64,000 nt of DNA from an uncultured Trueperaceae bacterium (GTDB lineage: Bacteria; Deinococcota; Deinococci; Deinococcales; Trueperaceae): positions 9,357-73,356 of the forward strand of contig CAWCXJ010000010.1 in the NCBI GenBank assembly GCA_963799485.1. Direction: 5' to 3'. Below, in pieces: positions 62,341 to 64,000 of this stretch (positions are counted from its first letter, which is position 1; each line of letters opens with the position of its first letter). The position numbers and the translations under genes are program-made. Under the pieces are notes generated by a model. The model ran no database searches. It was not told the DNA's origin and worked only from the letters and a program-made list of their open reading frames with translations.

Positions 62341-63333
62341 CTAAGCCAAAGGCTGCCGGTACAGCGCCGCGTAACGCCCGGTCACGTGATGCTCCAACTG
62401 CCGCTCGATATCTCCCAACAGGCTGCTCGCTCCGAAGCGGAAGAGTTCAGGCTCGAGCCACGCCCGTCCCAGCTCTTCTTTCATCAAGGAAAGCCACAAG
62501 AGCGCCTCTTTCGCCGTTTTGATGCCGCCCGCAGGCTTAAACCCGACGTAAATCCCGGTACGTTCAAAATACTCACGCACTGCCCGCACCATCACCAGGC
62601 TCACCGTCGGTGTCGCGTTTTCGGCTTCTTTACCGGTCGAGGTCTTGACAAAATCGGCCCCGGCCATCATCGCTACGAGCGACGCTTTATAGACGTTTTT
62701 AAGTGTCCCGAGTTCGCCGGTGGCTAAAATCGTCTTGAGGTGCGCGTCGCCGCAAGTCTCGCGGAAAAGGCGCACTTCGTCGTACAGCGCTTCCCAGTCT
62801 CCGGTCAGGACGTGTTCACGGGTGATGACGGTGTCGATTTCAGCTGCGCCCTCACCCACGGCGTAGCGGATTTCGTCCAAACGTTGCGGCAACGGGGTAA
62901 GACCTGCCGGAAACCCGGTTGCCACCGAAGCCACGGGAATACCTGAATCCGCTAGCGCCCGAACCGCGTGCGGCACCATCGTCGGATAGACGCAGACCGC
63001 GCCGACCGTGAGTCCTGCCTCCGCCATTCCAAGCGCCTCCAGAACATCTTGCCGCACCGGGTTTTTGGCTTTGGCGCAGAGCCGCTCGACTCTGCCTTTG
63101 GTGTCGTCTCCGGCAAGCGTCGTCAGGTCGATGCAGCTGACTGCCTTAAGAAGCCACGCTGCCTGGAAATCTTTTTTGACCGTCCGCCGTCCTGAAAGCG
63201 TCCCGGCGCGCCGCTCCACTGCGCTGCGGTTGACCTGCACACTTTTAAGCCAGTCCAGCTCGAGCCCCAGCCCCGGATTACGCGGGTAGGGTGGGGTGCG
63301 GGCCTCCGTGATGTTTCGTTCTTGAATTGCCAT
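62341..63333 (-). CDS. deoC: Deoxyribose-phosphate aldolase (long form)
   Basis: IDLTTL.GDDT, AVCVYP, VATGFP, LKTIL, FVKTSTGK, GFKPAGGI, RFGASSLL. Confidence 0.96.
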   Translation of the reverse strand: MAIQERNITEARTPPYPRNPGLGLELDWLKSVQVNRSAVERRAGTLSGRRTVKKDFQAAWLLKAVSCIDLTTLAGDDTKGRVERLCAKAKNPVRQDVLEALGMAEAGLTVGAVCVYPTMVPHAVRALADSGIPVASVATGFPAGLTPLPQRLDEIRYAVGEGAAEIDTVITREHVLTGDWEALYDEVRLFRETCGDAHLKTILATGELGTLKNVYKASLVAMMAGADFVKTSTGKEAENATPTVSLVMVRAVREYFERTGIYVGFKPAGGIKTAKEALLWLSLMKEELGRAWLEPELFRFGASSLLGDIERQLEHHVTGRYAALYRQPLA

Positions 63334-63429
63334 GATTTACGCTCCTCGGCAGCTTTAGTCCGTCCGTTTGACCTAATAGTCTAGTTAACCTACAGTCTAG
63401 CGCAGGGAGGGCGCGCTAACGTAGTGAAC

Positions 63430-63717
63430 GTGCAGCATCTCGTCCGTACCCCGCACGGCGTCTGCGCCGTTACCCTCGAGCGCGAAGCCCTGGATCTAGG
63501 TGAACGCGGCGGCTTTATCGCAACTTGGGCCGCTGAAACCGACGGCGAAGTTCTCGAGCCGGGCGCGTATCGCCAAATCGTCAAAGCGTATCTGGCAAAA
63601 CTTTATCGGGAGCGGCATGACCGGGAACCCGGCAGCACCACGCTGAACCTGGCGAGCCATCAGCTTATCGACGACCTAGAAGGCTGGACGAAGCTAAACT
63701 GGCGTCCAAACGCCTAA
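63430..63717 (+). CDS. Hypothetical protein
   Basis: 95-aa ORF with TAACGT 7 nt before GTG 63430; no recognised family. Confidence 0.65.
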   Translation: MQHLVRTPHGVCAVTLEREALDLGERGGFIATWAAETDGEVLEPGAYRQIVKAYLAKLYRERHDREPGSTTLNLASHQLIDDLEGWTKLNWRPNA

Positions 63718-64000
63718 ACAAAGCGTTTTTGAAGGTGCAACTTTTCGAGTGTAGACGTTTTGCAGGGCCTTATCGAGCGGTAAAAAGCTGTGTATTTTTA
63801 TCCAAAAATGCTGCATGTCAAGGACTCCGGTACGTTCTAGAGTGCTGAGTGAAAGAAGTGGAAGTTATCCGGAAGTCCACACTTCAAGGCTGCGGCCGCC
63901 GGTGCCGCTAAAGGCTCGAGCGTGTATCCCCCGAACAAGTTTCAGGTGGGAACCGAAACAAGACAAGGCACAACAAGGCACAGAGTGCGCAGCCTATTTT

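Overview
GC-rich bacterial chromosomal window, most likely Deinococcota (Truepera/Meiothermus-like). This is inferred from the Thermus-like ba3 oxidase and c552 sequences, the split NAD synthetase, and many leaderless genes with a -10 box directly before the start codon. The flanks are housekeeping: glnA, ruvC, a large GH13, glgE, treS-maltokinase, glgX, galK, cax, mscL, nadE, fni, deoC and an ALDH16-like dehydrogenase. About 11-38 kb is an accessory low-oxygen/dormancy-type region. It holds SulP, several universal stress proteins, two PAS-kinase/NarL-regulator pairs with candidate operators, two HemG-like flavodoxins and DoxX. It also holds a Crp/Fnr-flanked truncated-globin/cupin operon, a ba3-type oxidase whose subunit II is fused to a c552-like cytochrome, and a Balon-like baeRF protein, interspersed with IS1 and IS4-like remnants and gene fragments. 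Near 56-62 kb are two toxin-antitoxin pairs and an AT-rich DUF4238 gene. Two window-wide signals stand out: strong over-representation of the palindrome CTCGAG and many short (11-22 bp) tandem duplications. No rRNA, tRNA or CRISPR array was seen. All calls are by eye; no searches were run.
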